A DNA stretch of 64,000 bases from assembly GCF_028641065.1 (NCBI RefSeq), contig NC_073388.1:46686001-46750000 (forward strand). Reading direction: 5' to 3'. Shown piece after piece: positions 46,461 to 60,843 of this stretch (position 1 is its first letter; each line of letters begins with the position of its first letter). The position numbers and the translations under genes were made by a program. Origin of the DNA: Leucoraja erinacea. Its lineage: Eukaryota. A model generated the notes under the pieces. The model searched no databases and was not told where the DNA came from. It saw nothing but the letters and a program-made list of their open reading frames with translations.

Positions 46461-49400
46461 TCAAAAAATTGAATAATTTATTTAAGAAAGAACTGCAGAT
46501 GCTGGAAAAATCGAAGGTAGACAAAAAATGCTGGAGAAACTCAGCGGGTGAGGCAGCATCTATGGAGTAGGTGACATTTCGGGTTGAGACCCTTCTTCAG
46601 ACTGAAACGTCACCTACTCCTTCGCTACATAGATGCTGCCTCAAAAAAAGAATAAAGTTATTACAGTCAATGGCAATCACAGCTGGATGTACATTAGAAA
46701 CAAACTGATCATTTGAGGGAAAAAAAGTGCTGAGTAACTCAGTGAGCCAGACTGCATCTCTGCAGAACATGGTCCCAACCCAAAACGTTACCTCACCCAT
46801 TTGATTTTGTAAACCAGCATCTGCAGTTTTTTTCATTACGTATCCGAGAAGTTATTTTTATTTAAATTTTCACATTTCTACTCTTGTCTAATATTTATTT
46901 TTATGCTCAGCTGGTATTTTATGACTAAGTTGTTAAACAGACTTATGACAAGTTAATTCAGTGAAATTTTTTACAACATTGCACTCCACATATTTGTTCT
47001 CCATTTTAGAAAATACAAATAATAGACAAAGTTTTGAAAAAGACTACACAGCAGTATTTCTTTGTCCAAATTTATTGTCTAGGCTTCAAGAATAGATGTG
47101 TATTTGCAAAGTCCGTCACTTTCATAATGTTTTCTCTTAAAACAGAGACATACCACGCGCGCGGAAGTGATCCTTCAGCCCACCAAATGCACGCAATCAT
47201 CAACCACCCATTTATGCTAATCCTACACTAATATAATGCAGTTTAACCCTCCCCATATTCTCCTTACCCGCACCCCATTCCAGGTTTTCCTACCCGCTAA
47301 GGGGGCAAATAAAGGCCAATTAACGTACAAACCCACTTATGTTTGGGATGTGGGAAGAAACCAGAGCACCCAGAAGAAACCCACGCGGCCACAGGGAGAA
47401 CGTGCAAACTCCACACAATTAGCACACAAGGTTACGATTGAATCCAGGTGTCTGATGCTGAGGTAGCAGATATACTAGCTGCATCACTGTTACGCCCACA
47501 TGCAGTTTGCATGCATATCTGCAATGCAAGTAGTTGAGTAGTTCTGATTTTATTTAACGAAGGGCATTTAAACTTGCAGCTTAATTTAATCAAAGATTAC
47601 AATGACTCGAATAAATACAAGGTTGTGGACTGCGTATTTGGCAGGTGGGTAGTGATGGAAATAAGTCTATAAGTTATAGGAGCAGAAGTAGGCCATTCAA
47701 CCCATCAAGTCTACTCTGCCATTTAATCATGGCGGATTTATCTTTCCCACAACCCCATTCTCCTGCTTTCTCCCCGTAAACCTTGACACAATCTCTGCCT
47801 TAAAAATACCCAATGATTTGGCCTCCAAAGCCACCTGGGGTAATGAATTCCACAGATTCACCACCCACTCACTAAAGAAATTCCTCCTACCCTTTCCATA
47901 GGTACATCCTTTTATTCTGAGGCTTGGCCCTCTGCTCCTAGCCTCTCCCACCTGTGGAAATATCCTTTCCGCATCCACTCTATTCAGGCCTTTCAATATT
48001 CAGTAAATGTCAATGAGAAATCCATAAACAAATTTAAATACATTCAACAGAAAGCTCTTGGCAAATGAGTTAATCCCCGATGAGATTTACACAAAACCCA
48101 CAGAAAAGATAAAGTTGCATTCTGCTATTCTCTCCTGCACTGCGGTACAGTTCCCTGGGTACACAGCTGTTCCTGTCTCCTCCAACTGAGCATCAGAGCA
48201 GCAGCTGCAGCAGCAAGTCCCAACTGAGGGATGCCACAACCAACCCAATCCTCATCGCACCCTACAGTTACCAATGCAACTCTCTCGGTCAATTACAATC
48301 AAGAACCCTGGAACAAATTTGCTTTCTGATTGAGGAGACCATTAGGCATAGGAGCAGAATACGGCCATTCAGCCCATCGAGTCTGCTCCACCATTCAATC
48401 ATGGCTGATCTATCTTTCCCTCTCAACCCCATTCTCCTGCCTTCTCCCCATAGCCTTTTTCGCTCCTCCTAATCAAGAACCTATGAATCGCCGCCTTTAA
48501 AATACCCAATGCCTTGATCTCCACTGCTGGCTGTGGCAATAAATTCCACAGATTCACTACCCTCTGGCTAAAGAAATTGCTCCTCATCTCCATTTTGAAG
48601 GTACATCTTTTTATTCTGAGGCTGTGCCCTCTAGTTCTACTTTCTCCTATTACTGGAAGTATTCTTCAACTCTATCCAGGGCTTTCTACTCTATCCAGGG
48701 CTTTCATTATCTGGTAGGTTTGAACGAGTTCCCCTCTCAGCGAGTTGCAGCCCAGAGCCTTCAAACACTGCAAAGGCAACCAGAGTCCCTCTCCTATCAC
48801 CATCATGGCCGAGATCTCCACTCGGGACTAGAGATCCAACACAGGACTTGGCCACGCCAGATGGGGAAGAAAGTCTTTTCCACAACTGGCTGTGTCATTG
48901 GCTTCCATTTACCAACTTAGTTACTCCACCGTTGTTACGAAGCACTCTAAACTGATGCCTTAGTTATAGAACAATTTACACACCAGAGTAGATCTTAAAA
49001 TGTATATTTCTTTGCTGTGATTTCATCAAAATATTAAAGCTGAGCAATTGCCCCTCACCTGGAATACCATCAAGAAGAGCTTTATTCCTATTTTTTTTAA
49101 ATGAAAATACAAAGGGCTTATTGACATCCTTGCATTAGACACCATAAGACATAGGAATAGAATTAGGCTACTTGGCCCATCGAGTCTGCTCTGCCATTTG
49201 ATCATGACTGATCTATCTTTCCCTCTCAACCCCATTCTCCTATATTTGCCCCGCTCCTCCTCATGTTCATTCTAAAGGTACATATTTTTATTCTGAGGCT
49301 GTGTCCTCTGTCTTTTTAATTTAGAGATAACAGGCCCTTTGGCCCATAGAGTCCAGGCCGGCAAATGATCACCTGTTCACACTAGTTCTATCCTACACAC

Positions 49401-49748
49401 TAGGAACAATTTGCAGAAGCCAATTAACTGACAAACCTGCACGTCTTTGGATTGTGTGTGGATACTAGAGCACCCGGAAATAACCCATGCAGTCACAGGG
49501 AGAACGTACAAACTCTGTACAGACAGCATCTGTAGTCAGGATTAAACCTGGGTTTGTGAGGCAGCAAGTCTACCGCTGGGCCTCTGCATCCCTAGACTCT
49601 CCCTCTGCTGTCAACGTCCTTTCTAAGTCCACTCTAGGCCTTTCATTATTCGACACATTTCCTTTTCCATCCTTTCACCACGTTTAGATACAAATGACAT
49701 AGAATATATAGTTAAAACTCAAGCCACCGTGCGAGTGTAAGGTTCCTA

Positions 49749-49916
<168 letters not shown>

Positions 49917-51586
49917 TCAAGTACATGGACAATGACCTTGTTTTTATTCACTTTCAGATCTGGGCAGCAGCATTGACAAGTCCAGCATTTATCACCCACC
50001 CATAACCACTCTTGAAAAAGACACAAAAAGCTGGAGTTAAACCAGCATCTGCAGTTCCTCCATACACACCACTCTTGCGAAGGTGGACAACAAGGGCGAT
50101 ACCGTGGCACAGCGGTGGAATTGCCACCTTACAGCGCCAGAGACGCAGGTTCTAGTGTGCGGGGATTGCTGATCGGTAGGCTGAAGGCCCTGTTTCTGCA
50201 CTGTATCTCAAAACTAAATCTATACATATGGATTGGCTGGGAAATAGGCCCATGGGCCCACCGAATCCACACTGACCATCACAGTATTGAGTGTTTCAGT
50301 TATTGGGTGCCTGTTACCAGTGGTGTTCCTCAGGGATTGCTGCTGTGATACTTATGGTATATATTTGTGCGCTAGTTATTTTCCCAGTTTCAGAGATACA
50401 GCATGGAACTAGGCTCTTTGGCCCACCGAGTTCACGCTGACCATCGATCACCCATTCACACGAGTTCTATGCTACCCCACCTTTGCAATAATTCCTTGCA
50501 CACTCAGGGCAATTTAAAGGCCAATTAACTGCAAACCCGCATGTCTTTGGATCGTGAGAGGAAACCAGAGCACCTGGAGAAAACCCACATGATCACAGGG
50601 AGAACATGCACTCTCTCCAAACAGCAACGGAGAACAGCGCCAGAACCTGGGTCTCTGGCACTGTGAGGCAGTAGCTTCACCAGTTGAGTCACAGTGTCGA
50701 CTCAAATCTTCCACTGAAACCGCACAGATCTGGCAATTGGTAAACCAGCGACTAGGCTGTTCCACTCAGCAAACTCCAGGATATCTGGTGGATTCCCAAT
50801 ATGAACATGCAGATTTCCCAGCTCCTGTGTGGGGAAATCTGCCCAGATTCATTAATATAAATTGAAGAAGTTGGCTACAGGGAAAAGTAAAAGAGGCCTG
50901 GGATATAGAAACATAGACAATAGGTGCAAGAGTAGGCCATTTGGCCCTTCAAGCCATTCTACATGATCATCCAGAATTTGTACCCCATTCCTGCTTTCTC
51001 CCCATATCCTTTGATTCCGTTACCCCTAAGAGCTAAATCTAACTCTCACTTGAATACATCCAGTGAATTCGCCTCCACTGCCTTCTGTGGCAGATAATTC
51101 CAGAGATTCACAACTCTCTGGCTGAAAAAGTTTTTCCTCAACTCAGTCCTAAATGGCCTACCCCTTATTCTTAAACTGTGACTCCTGGTTCTGTTCTCCC
51201 CCAACATCAGGAACATTTTTCCTGCATCTAGCCCATCCAATCCCTTAAGAATATGATATATTTTTTAATATATATGTTTCTATGAGATCCAATAAATCAC
51301 ACTGCCTGTCAAAGGTGTTCTGGGCCACAGGAATAAGCGGGGAGGTAGAATCTCAGAGAAAGACTGCACCTGAATCATGCTGGAAGGTGCAAGATGACCA
51401 GCAATGCAGGAATTGGGAGATGATATGGTTTATACGAAGTGAGGATAACATGGACCCAGGGAAACTATCAGTATTATATATCACATTGGGAAAAGGATCT
51501 ATTCCAATACTAGGTACAATTTGAAAAACAGATCACGTGCTGAGATTTTATTTCAACTTTTTTCCAAAGGCAATATGATCACTTAC

Positions 51587-51665
51587 TTCAAAGGCTTGTC
51601 ATCGTCTTGAGCAGACTGCTCCATTGGAGCTTCCGGTCCATATGTGGTGTCATCCTCGCGTGCAC
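51587..51665 (-). CDS. NKAP: NKAP exon 7
   Basis: (G)AREDDTTYGPEAPMEQSAQDDDKPL(N), donor GTAAGT, phases consistent with neighbours. Confidence 0.92.
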
Positions 51666-51829
51666 CTTTAAAAGGGAAACGTTTACCAGTTCCTCAGGGA
51701 AGGTATAATTAAACTGCACGTTTAACAACGGCATAAAGTTATTGAAACAAATGCATTAATTCTTCATTCAACTCCCATTGTCCTCAGCGTCCTGCACTAC
51801 TCCAATGAACCCAAGCCCCTGGAATCACA

Positions 51830-52047
51830 GGTTACGCAAAAAAGCTGGAGAAACTCAGCGGGTGCAGCAGCATCTATGGAGCGAAGGAAATAGGTAACGT
51901 TTCGGGCCAAAACCCTTCTTCAGAAGGGTTTCGGCCCGAAACGTTACCTATTTCCTTCGCTCCATCGATGCTGCTGCACCCGCTGAGTTTCTCCAGCTTT
52001 TTTGTGTAACCTTCGATTCTCCAGCATCTGCAGTTCCCTCTTAAACA
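51830..52047. mobile_element. Penelope-derived fold-back mini-element
   Basis: ~90-bp inverted arms meeting at cttcttcagaag; TSD cccctgg(g)aatcaca at 51816 and 52049. Confidence 0.82.
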
Positions 52048-52061
52048 CCCCCTGGGAATCA

Positions 52062-52890
52062 CAGATGGGGACGAGTCAGAGTAGAGAAGTGAGATCGACC
52101 GACTGACCAAATGGTGCCAGCACAACAACCTGGCTCTCAACATCAGTAAGACCAAGGAACTGATTGTGGATTTTGGTAGGGGAAGGATGAGGACCCACAA
52201 TCCTGTTCACATCAGTGGGACGTTGGTGGAGAGGGTCAATAACTTCAAATGCCTGGGCATGCATATTTCCGAAGATCTTCCCTGGACCCAGCACACCAAT
52301 GCAATTATAAAGAAGGCACATCAGCGACTCTACTTCCTGACAAGATTACAGAGATTCGACACGTCAAAGAGGATTCTCCTAGATTTCTAGAGGTACTCGG
52401 TAGTGAGCATTCTGACTGGTTGCATCGTGGCCTGGTTCAGCAACTTGAACGTCCAGGAGCGAAAAAGACTACAAAAAGTTGTGACCACTGCCCAGTCCAT
52501 CACCGTCGAATGGATCTATCGTACTCGCTGCCCCAAAATGGCAGCCAAAATCATCAAAGACCCACACCATCCTGGCCACACACTCATCTCACCACTGCCA
52601 TCAGGAAGAAAGTACAGGAGCCTGAAAACTGCAACATCCAGGTTCAGGAACAGCTTCTTCCCTACAGCCATCAGGCTATTAAACACAACAACAAATAAGC
52701 TCTGAGCTGTGACCTGCAAAAGACTATTATTATTGCACCACATTTGTTATTTATTGAACTTTATCTTTTTTTTTCTCTTCTCCCGTTATGTAGTGTTTAC
52801 ATATTCACATATTTTGTTGTGCTACAGCAAATAAGAATTTAATTGTCCCATCCGGCTCGTATGACAATAAAACACTCTTGACTTGACTCT
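52062..52890 (+). mobile_element. Rex1-like LINE 3' fragment
   Basis: KKAHQRLYFL, SRFRNSFFPTAIRLLN, gacaataaaacactcttgacttga tail. Confidence 0.88.
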
Positions 52891-52923
52891 TATCTTTCTG
52901 AATTCAACAATCTTAGGTAAGCG

Positions 52924-53027
52924 TTCAAGAAGGAACTGCAGATGCTGGAAGATCGAAGGTACACAAAATTGCTGGAGAAACTCAGCGGGTGCTGCTGCAC
53001 CCGCTGAGTTTCTCCAGCAATTTTGTG
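52924..53027. mobile_element. Very short Penelope-derived fold-back insertion
   Basis: Perfect 15-bp TSD aatcttaggtaagcg at 52909-52923 and 53028-53042. Confidence 0.85.
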
Positions 53028-53812
53028 AATCTTAGGTAAGCGATTCTGTTATTCACATTTGTAGCTCCTCTAAGACTTTATCAAGGAAATGCAGATGCTG
53101 GAATCTTGAGCAAAACTCAAAAACACTTTACTGAACCGTATCTGAATAAAGAATTTCACGGTACATTTGCACTTGTGCCAATAAAGCACCATTGAAGCGC
53201 TGGAGGAACTCAGCAGACGGGCAGCATCTGTGGAGAGGCAGATAGGCAACATTTTGGGTCAGTATCCCACCCAAAATGTGGTCTATCCATTCCCTCCACA
53301 GATGCTGCACGACCTGCTGAGCTATTCCAACTATTCCAGCGCTTTGACTGGCTGATTGTCATTCCATTCTTCCTTCGACCATCGCTTTTGTAAGAGCGAA
53401 TGTTAATTGTATCTCAGATTTTTTTGGAAATCATTTGTGAATTCTGGAACGGTGAAGTTCCTGAACTGCTGTAACGCGAGGATCGCCTGTACAGACTAAA
53501 GACTGTCAAGACTAAAGACTTATCTATACTCCCAAGCCTTTCCTGACGTCCTCTGAGTGAGGGCTACATGTATATATGTATGTAGGTTACACAAAAAAGC
53601 TGGAGAAACTCAGCGGGTGCAGCAGCATCTATGGAGCGAAGGAAATAGGCAACGTTTCGGGCCGAAACCCTTCTTCAGACGGAACAAAATATATATGTAT
53701 GTAGTTTGTTTTGTTGTGCTATTCTTATAACAAATGTAACGCACTTTGGCCAACGAGAGTTGTTTTTTAAATGTGCTATATAAATAAATGTGACTCGACT
53801 TGACATGCTTAC

Positions 53813-53919
53813 CTGTTTTTTCTACCCAGACAGCTTCATGTGCATTTTCCTCCTCAGACTCTTCACTACTAGATTCAGTCACTTTCTTCTTGTTCTTTTT
53901 CATTTTCTTTGCCTTCTTC
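53813..53919 (-). CDS. NKAP: NKAP exon 6
   Basis: KKAKKMKKNKKKVTESSSEESEEENAHEAVWVEKT, donor GTAAGC. Confidence 0.9.
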
Positions 53920-54755
53920 CTGTTGAATAAGTCCAGAAAAAAGGTCATTCTATAGCATTTAATTACTAATTACAACTTCCATCTTACATCAACGCTAAAG
54001 CTGTCAAGAAAACAAGATAGCCTTATCAAGTTATCTGCAGCAATTTATTTAGTACTCTTTTGCCAATTATTTTATTACCTTGTAATTCATACATGTATAA
54101 TCCCTAGGCCTCTTAAAAAATTCAAACAGTCGATCTGTCCAAAAATGTGCTGTTAGTTCAGTTTATTGACATGTGTACCGAGGTACAGTGAAAAGCTTTT
54201 TTATTGCGTACGATCTAGTCAGCAGAAAGACTATTCACGATTACAATCAAGTCGTCCACAGTGTACAGATAGTCCGAGGGTCTCCAATGTAGTAGATGAT
54301 AGTGCAGGACTGTTCTCTAGTTGTTGATAAGATGATTCAGTTGCCTGACAACTGCTGGGAAGAAACTAAATCCATTCCAAACTGATAAGAAACTTATTCT
54401 ACCCGTTATTTTCAACCGTTTTTAATGACAGCTTTAACGTTCCTCCACGATCATGCTTCTCCTTGACTGTTACTTCAATCTGTCCAATCACAGAAGTAAA
54501 GCACAGTGGGAAATATAAACAAACAGTAAAAAAAAAAGTGGAGATTCAAGAGATCACAGATACGGGATTCTTGAGCAAAACACAAATTGCTGGAGAAACT
54601 CAGAAGGCCAAGCAGCATCTGTGGAGGGAAACAAACAGACGCTGTTCGGGTTGGGATCTTTCGCCAGAGTTCTTCAGTAAAAATAAGTGCCCACAAAATT
54701 AATTCGCATTAGATGAAGCAGATTAAGATACTCAGATACAACATGAATGTCTTAC

Positions 54756-54798
54756 TTTTTATGGGATTTCTTTTTCTTCTTTTTCTTTTTATCCTGAT
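54756..54798 (-). CDS. NKAP: NKAP exon 5
   Basis: catag acceptor, (D)QDKKKKKKKSHK(K), 43 nt, donor GTAAGA; restores frame between exons 4 and 6. Confidence 0.82.
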
Positions 54799-55630
54799 CT
54801 ATGAACATGAAATAAATAAATTCAGTATACAATTAATGTACTGTAAAACTAAAAAATGGGCAAGCTTGTGGCTCTGGTTGTGCTAAAATAACAGGATTTC
54901 AGACTCCAATTAATACGCAAACACACACATTATGAAAAACATGTTGCTTAGTAGCTAACTCAAGGAATTTTCCACTGGACCCAGCTGAGTTTAAAGGGAT
55001 TAGGATCTATACAAGCACTCTGAACGCCCCTCGTAAACTGACCAAGGCCGATACCGGATCCCTTGTGTTTTAGACCCCAACCTAGACTATGGATGTTCAC
55101 TCAGTGTACACTCCTGAACTCCTGCTCCTACTGCACTTCCTACTTTTACCCGGAATGCTAGTCCTGCATTCTAGAATGATGAACGAATCAGGTGTCAAAC
55201 CATCAGAATTGTATTTTAGACACAAGGAACTGCAGCTGCAGGTTTACAAAACCCCCCACAAATTACCAAAGTAACTCAGCATCTCTGGAGTCCATGAAGT
55301 CTTAAGGGTCATGACCCAAAATATCGCCCATCTATGTTCTCCTAAGTTACTACAGCTCTTTATGTCTATTAAAAAGATTTTATTTTACTGTGTTACAGGA
55401 TTTTGTGTAATTTGTTGTGTATTCATCCGAGTCGTTGAGCCTGTGATGCTGCTACAAACAAGATATTCATTGTATCTGCATACGACAATAATCTCGACTT
55501 GATTAGATTTCTGAATCTAACATAAAATAACCAGTTTTAAGTAACTACTTGCAAAAATAATGTTTAAGCAGCAGTCTTGCAATGATAACACTTCCCTTAC
55601 TACAAACAGAATAAGTATGATTAAGTATTA

Positions 55631-56413
55631 AGTCCTCACCTTTCACCCCACCAGCCGTCACATACAAGAAGTAATCCTCCGTCAGTTTCGCCACCTCCAA
55701 CGTAACCCCACCACTCGCCACATCTTCCCATCTCCCCCCATATCTGCCTTCCGCAAAGACTGCTCCCTCCATAACTCCCTTGTCAATTATTCCCTTCCCT
55801 CCCGTAATACCCCCTCCCCGGGCACTTTCCCTTGCAACCACAAGAGATGCTACACTTGTCACTTTACCTCCCCTCTCGACTCCATTCAAGGACCCAAGCA
55901 GTCATTCCAGGTGCGACAGAGGTTCACCTGCATCTCCTCATCTATTGCATCCGCTGCTCTTGATGTCAGCTGATCTACATCGGTGAGACCAAGCGGAGGT
56001 TGGGCGATCGTTTCGCCGAACACCTCCGCTCGGTCCGCATTAACCAACCTGACCTCCCTGTGGCTCAGAACTTCAACTCCCCCTCCCATTCCGTATCCGA
56101 CCTCTCTGTCCTGGGTCTCCTCCAGGGCCAGAGTGAGCAACACCGGAAATTGGAGGAACAGCACCTCATATTCCGCTTGGGGAGTCTGCATCCTGGGGGC
56201 ATGAACATCAAATTCTCCCAATTTTGTTAGCCCTTGCTGTCTCCTCCCCTTCCTATCTCTCCCTCAGCCCTCGGGCTCCTCCTCCTCCTTTTTCCTTTCT
56301 TCTCCCCACCCCCCATTAGTCTGAAGAAGGGTTTTGGCCCGAAACGTTGCCTATTTCCTTCGCTCCATAGATGCTGCTGCACCCGCTGAGTTTCTCCGGC
56401 ACTTTTGTGTACC
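55631..56413 (+). mobile_element. Penelope-like element 3' fragment with GIY-YIG remnant
   Basis: GDRFAEHLRSVRINQPDLPVAQNFNSPSH...; flanked by taagtatt. Confidence 0.88.
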
Positions 56414-57313
56414 TAAGTATTTATCCCACTTTGGAGTGCCAGAATTCAAATCCACCACCTATTTTGAAGATAGACACAAAACGTTGGATTAACTCAGCGC
56501 GTCAGGGGAAAATCTATGGAGAAAAGGAATAGGTGACACTTTGGGTCTGCAACTTCTGAAGAAGGGTTCGGTCCCAAAACATCCATATTCCTTTTCTCCA
56601 GAGCCTGACCCGCTGAGTTACACTGACCATATTTTGTGTCCATTTTCGGTATAAACCAGCATCTGCAGTTGCTTCCCAACCATTTCTAACAGTTATACCA
56701 CCTGACCGTACATCAGCCTCAGCTCTTCCCTTGCTGAAATCAAAAGTACATTCAAATTCCCTTTAGCGTCGACTGCTCCATCTCATTTCAGGCCAACCTC
56801 CCTGCTTCTACTTTCTGAAAATTTGAGAGCTTTCAAAATGCTGTGGCCTGTATTATAACTCGTATCAAATCCCAGTCACCCAGAAGGGCCCCGACCCAAA
56901 ATGCCGTCTGTCCATTCCCTCCACAGATGCTGCCCAACCCACTGAGTTCCTCCAGCACTTTGTATTTTACTCAAGATTGCAGTCCCGTGTGTCCGGAGTC
57001 TCCCATTAAACTGTATTGGTTGACAAACACTAGCTCCCAGCAAACTATGCAATTTAAAAAATATATACTTTTTGTTTCCAATTTTTTCCATGGTCTCCTC
57101 TCTAATTCTTGCCACGAGCAGCACTTCTGTGAATTTAATTGCTTGATCATCAGTGGCTGTGTGGCACTGCTCACAATGTACATTCCCTCCCTCTCTCCCA
57201 GACCAGTCACTCCCTCTCTGCAGCCGGTTTCATTCCTTTCCAATCTGTGTGGCCCAAACACAGAGCACGAGTGAGTGGGTGAATGCATGTACATAGGAGG
57301 GGCTGATTCTTAC

Positions 57314-57433
57314 CGGTTAAGTCACTTTCACTGCCAGAGTCAGATTCACTTTCTTCTGAATGTTTATGCTTTTTCTTTTTTGATTTTTTCTTTTTATTCT
57401 TTTTCTTTTTTTTCTTTTTCTTCTTTTTCTCCT
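57314..57433 (-). CDS. NKAP: NKAP exon 4 (lysine-rich basic domain)
   Basis: EKKKKKKKKKKNKKKKSKKKKHKHSEESESDSGSESDLT, AG/GTAAG boundaries. Confidence 0.92.
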
Positions 57434-58687
57434 CTGTAGGAGAGATCAACAGTAACATTTTGTCAGATAATGAGGGATATAGGTTCAAGCGCAGGCTAAT
57501 GGGACTGGTTTAAATGGACATCTTGGTTGGCTTGGATGAGTTGTGCCTCAGGGCCTTTTTCTGTGATGTACGAGCTTTCGAGATGTTGAAGACCATGCGA
57601 TATTGCAGGGTGCATACTATATGTACACATGCTAAATAAATCTTTGCTTCATACAAAAAGGTTAAGTAAGTATATTGGCCAAGTATTCGCATACAAGGTG
57701 CAGCTCCACCCACAAGTAACAACATGACATACTGTGGCAGTTACGAATGACTCAGAAAAAACTACACATTAATAATAATAAAACATTAATGATAAAACAC
57801 CATTGATCAAGCATGTGAACCAACAAATACCAGATCAAAGGGATGGTACAGATTTTTGGCTGTTGAGTAGAGCAACTACTCATGGTTGAAAACTGTTTTG
57901 AACTCCTTCTAAAGATGGTATGCACTGATTGATAATGGTTATGGTTTTACTCTGATCTCCTGAATTTTACTTCAGTGAGTAGATGTACCAAACTGGCCAA
58001 ACTGGTCTATTGTCGATTTCAGAGATGCACGTGGTAGCAGCAACACTACTGGTAATTCAGGAGGTCAGATAACAATGTGCATCCACTCCAGATAGCTGTT
58101 CTACTGAATGTATATGTTATAGGAGGGCAAAATCAGGCTCATGCAAGCTATGATCACACAGATCACACTTTTACCATCAAAACTCGTAAGCAATGTTGAA
58201 TGAAACTAAATATTAAAGAACTGTATCCTAGCAAGCAGTTAACACTTCTTGGCTGAGACAAATGCAAGAGGAGCAAGGCTGTGACAAAATCAATTTTAGA
58301 TATAGTTGAAACACTGTAAAAACAAAAATTGCATATAAAAAAAATTTTGAATATCATATAATGTTAAAACATTCTATTTAATTAAGGAAAGTCTGAGTTT
58401 CCATGACATTTGGATGAATCCAATTTCTCTCCTTGCTACCGCAGAATTAGAACGGATGCACCCAAACATGTTGATGTATATCTACAGAAACTGAAACTAA
58501 ACACTAAGAAAGGGCCTTAGTAAGCTTGCATTGTGATCTTGGATTTTTGGCACTATTAGTGGCACTAGTTTGCCAACAACCATGGGTGAATCTATACAAA
58601 AAAAGCTTCTGACTGACAATTTCCATTATCCACCACCAGGGCTCCGCTGTAAATTCTTTTTTGAAATATAATTTTATAGATAGTTAC

Positions 58688-58758
58688 CTTCTCCACTGGA
58701 ATCAGCACTGCTGCTCTTTCCCTCCTGCTCACCCTCCACTGGAGTATGCTCGTCCGAG
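58688..58758 (-). CDS. NKAP: NKAP exon 3
   Basis: SDEHTPVEGEQEGKSSSADSSGE, 71 nt. Confidence 0.93.
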
Positions 58759-58867
58759 CTAACAAACAGAAGAAGAGTTCCATGCTAAAATTTCCATTAA
58801 CATAAGAATGTTAAAACAAGACTTTTAGAATTTAAAATATTAAATCCAGAAATGATGTCCTAATGGT

Positions 58868-59619
58868 AGGTACACAAAAAAGCTGGAGAAACTCAGTGGG
58901 TGCAGCAGCATCTATGGAGCGAAGGAAATAGGCAGCGTTTCGGGCCGAAACCCTTCTTCAGACTGATCGGGGGTGGGGACAAGAAAGGAAAAAGGAGGAG
59001 GGGATGGGAGGAGACAGCAGGGGGACTGAGGAAGGGGAGGAGACAGCAAGGACTAACAAAATTGGGAGAATTCGATGTTCATGCCCCCAGGATGCAGACT
59101 CCCCAAGCGGAATACGAGGTGCTGTTCCTCCAATTTCCGGTGTTGCTCGCTGTGGCCATGGAGGAGACCCAGGACAGAGAAGTCGGAGACGGAGTGGGAG
59201 GGGGAGTTGAAGTGCTGAGCCGCCGGGAGGTCAGCTTGATTATTGCGGACCGAGCGGAGGTGTTCGGCGAAACGATCGCCCAACCTCCGCTTGGTCTTGC
59301 TGATATAGATCAGCTGACATCTAGAGCAGCGGATGCAATAGATGGGGTTGGAGGAGATGCAGGTAAACCTCTGTCGCACCTGGAACGACTGCTTGGGTCC
59401 TTAAACGTAGTCGAGGGGGAAGGTAAAGGGACAAGTGTTGCATCTCTTGCGGTTGCAAGGGAAAGTGCCCGGGAAGGGGGTGGACCGAGAGGGAAGGGAA
59501 GAATTGACAAGGGAGTTATAGAGGGAGCGGTCTTTGCGGAAGGCAGATATGGGGGGAGATGGGAAGATGTGGCGAGTGGTGGGGTCACGTTGGAGGTGGC
59601 GAAACTGACGGAGTCCAAC
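58868..59619 (-). mobile_element. Penelope-like element 3' fragment with GIY-YIG ORF (59053-59379)
   Basis: NPIYCIRCSRCQLIYISKTKRRLGDRFAEH; TSD gatgtcctaatg at 58854-58865 and 59620-59631. Confidence 0.9.
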
Positions 59620-60741
59620 GATGTCCTAATGTTGTGCAGCAATCAGCATGAACACAATTGGGATCCAAGAGCAAAGAACTGCAACTGCTGGAAATCTCCA
59701 ATAAAAATGCTTGATGGCACTGGGCCTGTATTTGGTGACGTTCAGAACGATGAGGGGGAACCTCATTGACACATACTGAATAGTGAAAGGCCTGGACAGA
59801 GTGGATGTGGAGGTCTGAAAAAGGGTCTCAATCCCGAAACTCCCTTGGTCCCTACAGCACTCATCTTCAATGCAAAGACTCCAACACTCTACTCTCGACC
59901 CGAAACGTCACCAATTCCTTCTCTCCAGAGATGCTGCCTGTCCCACTGAGTTACTCCAGCATTTTGTGTCTACTTTTGATTTAAACCAGCATCTGCAGTA
60001 CTTTCTTACACACATGGATGTGGAGAGGATGTTTCCACCAATGGGAGAGTCTAGGACTAGAGGGCACGGTCTCAGAATAAAAGGATGTACCTTTAGAAAG
60101 AAAATGAGGAGGAATTTATTTAGCCAGAGGGTGGTGAATCTGTGGAATTCATTGCCACAGGTGGATGTGGAGGCCATCATTGGGCATTTTTAAATGGAGA
60201 TTGACAGGTTCTTGATTAGCAAGAATGTCCAAGGTTACGAGGAGACGGCAGGAGAATGGGATTAAGAGGGAAAGACAGAGCGGCCATGATTGAATGGCGG
60301 AGTATACGTGATGGGCCGAATGGCCCAATTCTGCTCCTACGATTTATGACCTTATGAAAAACAAAATGGTAGAAATACTCAGTTCAGACAGCATCTCTGG
60401 AGATAGAAATGGATTAACATTTCAGATCAATTATTTTTTTTAATCAAATCTGGGTTCAGAGGACATTAATCTGAAATGTTAACGCTTGTTTCTTTCTCCA
60501 TACACATTGCCTCACCTGCTTTGGAATTTGTTGATCTGCTCTTCAAAATAGGGTAGAGATATTGCTTAATAAACATCAGTGGGCAAAGTTCACTTATGAA
60601 TTAAGTAATATTGGTTACTGTTGAGATTTCAATAAAAAGCTATACAAGAAAGATTATATAAAAAGGTGATATATAAATGAAAAGTTATTCTGCAAACTCT
60701 AAGCACAACTTTAAACTTGTTATATTGATAAAAATAACTTA

Positions 60742-60843
<102 letters not shown>

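Noticed and set aside
58900-59769. 289-aa plus-strand ORF (similarly 10576-11004)
   Set aside because: It is the antisense frame of the Penelope GIY-YIG fragment and has no recognisable domain.
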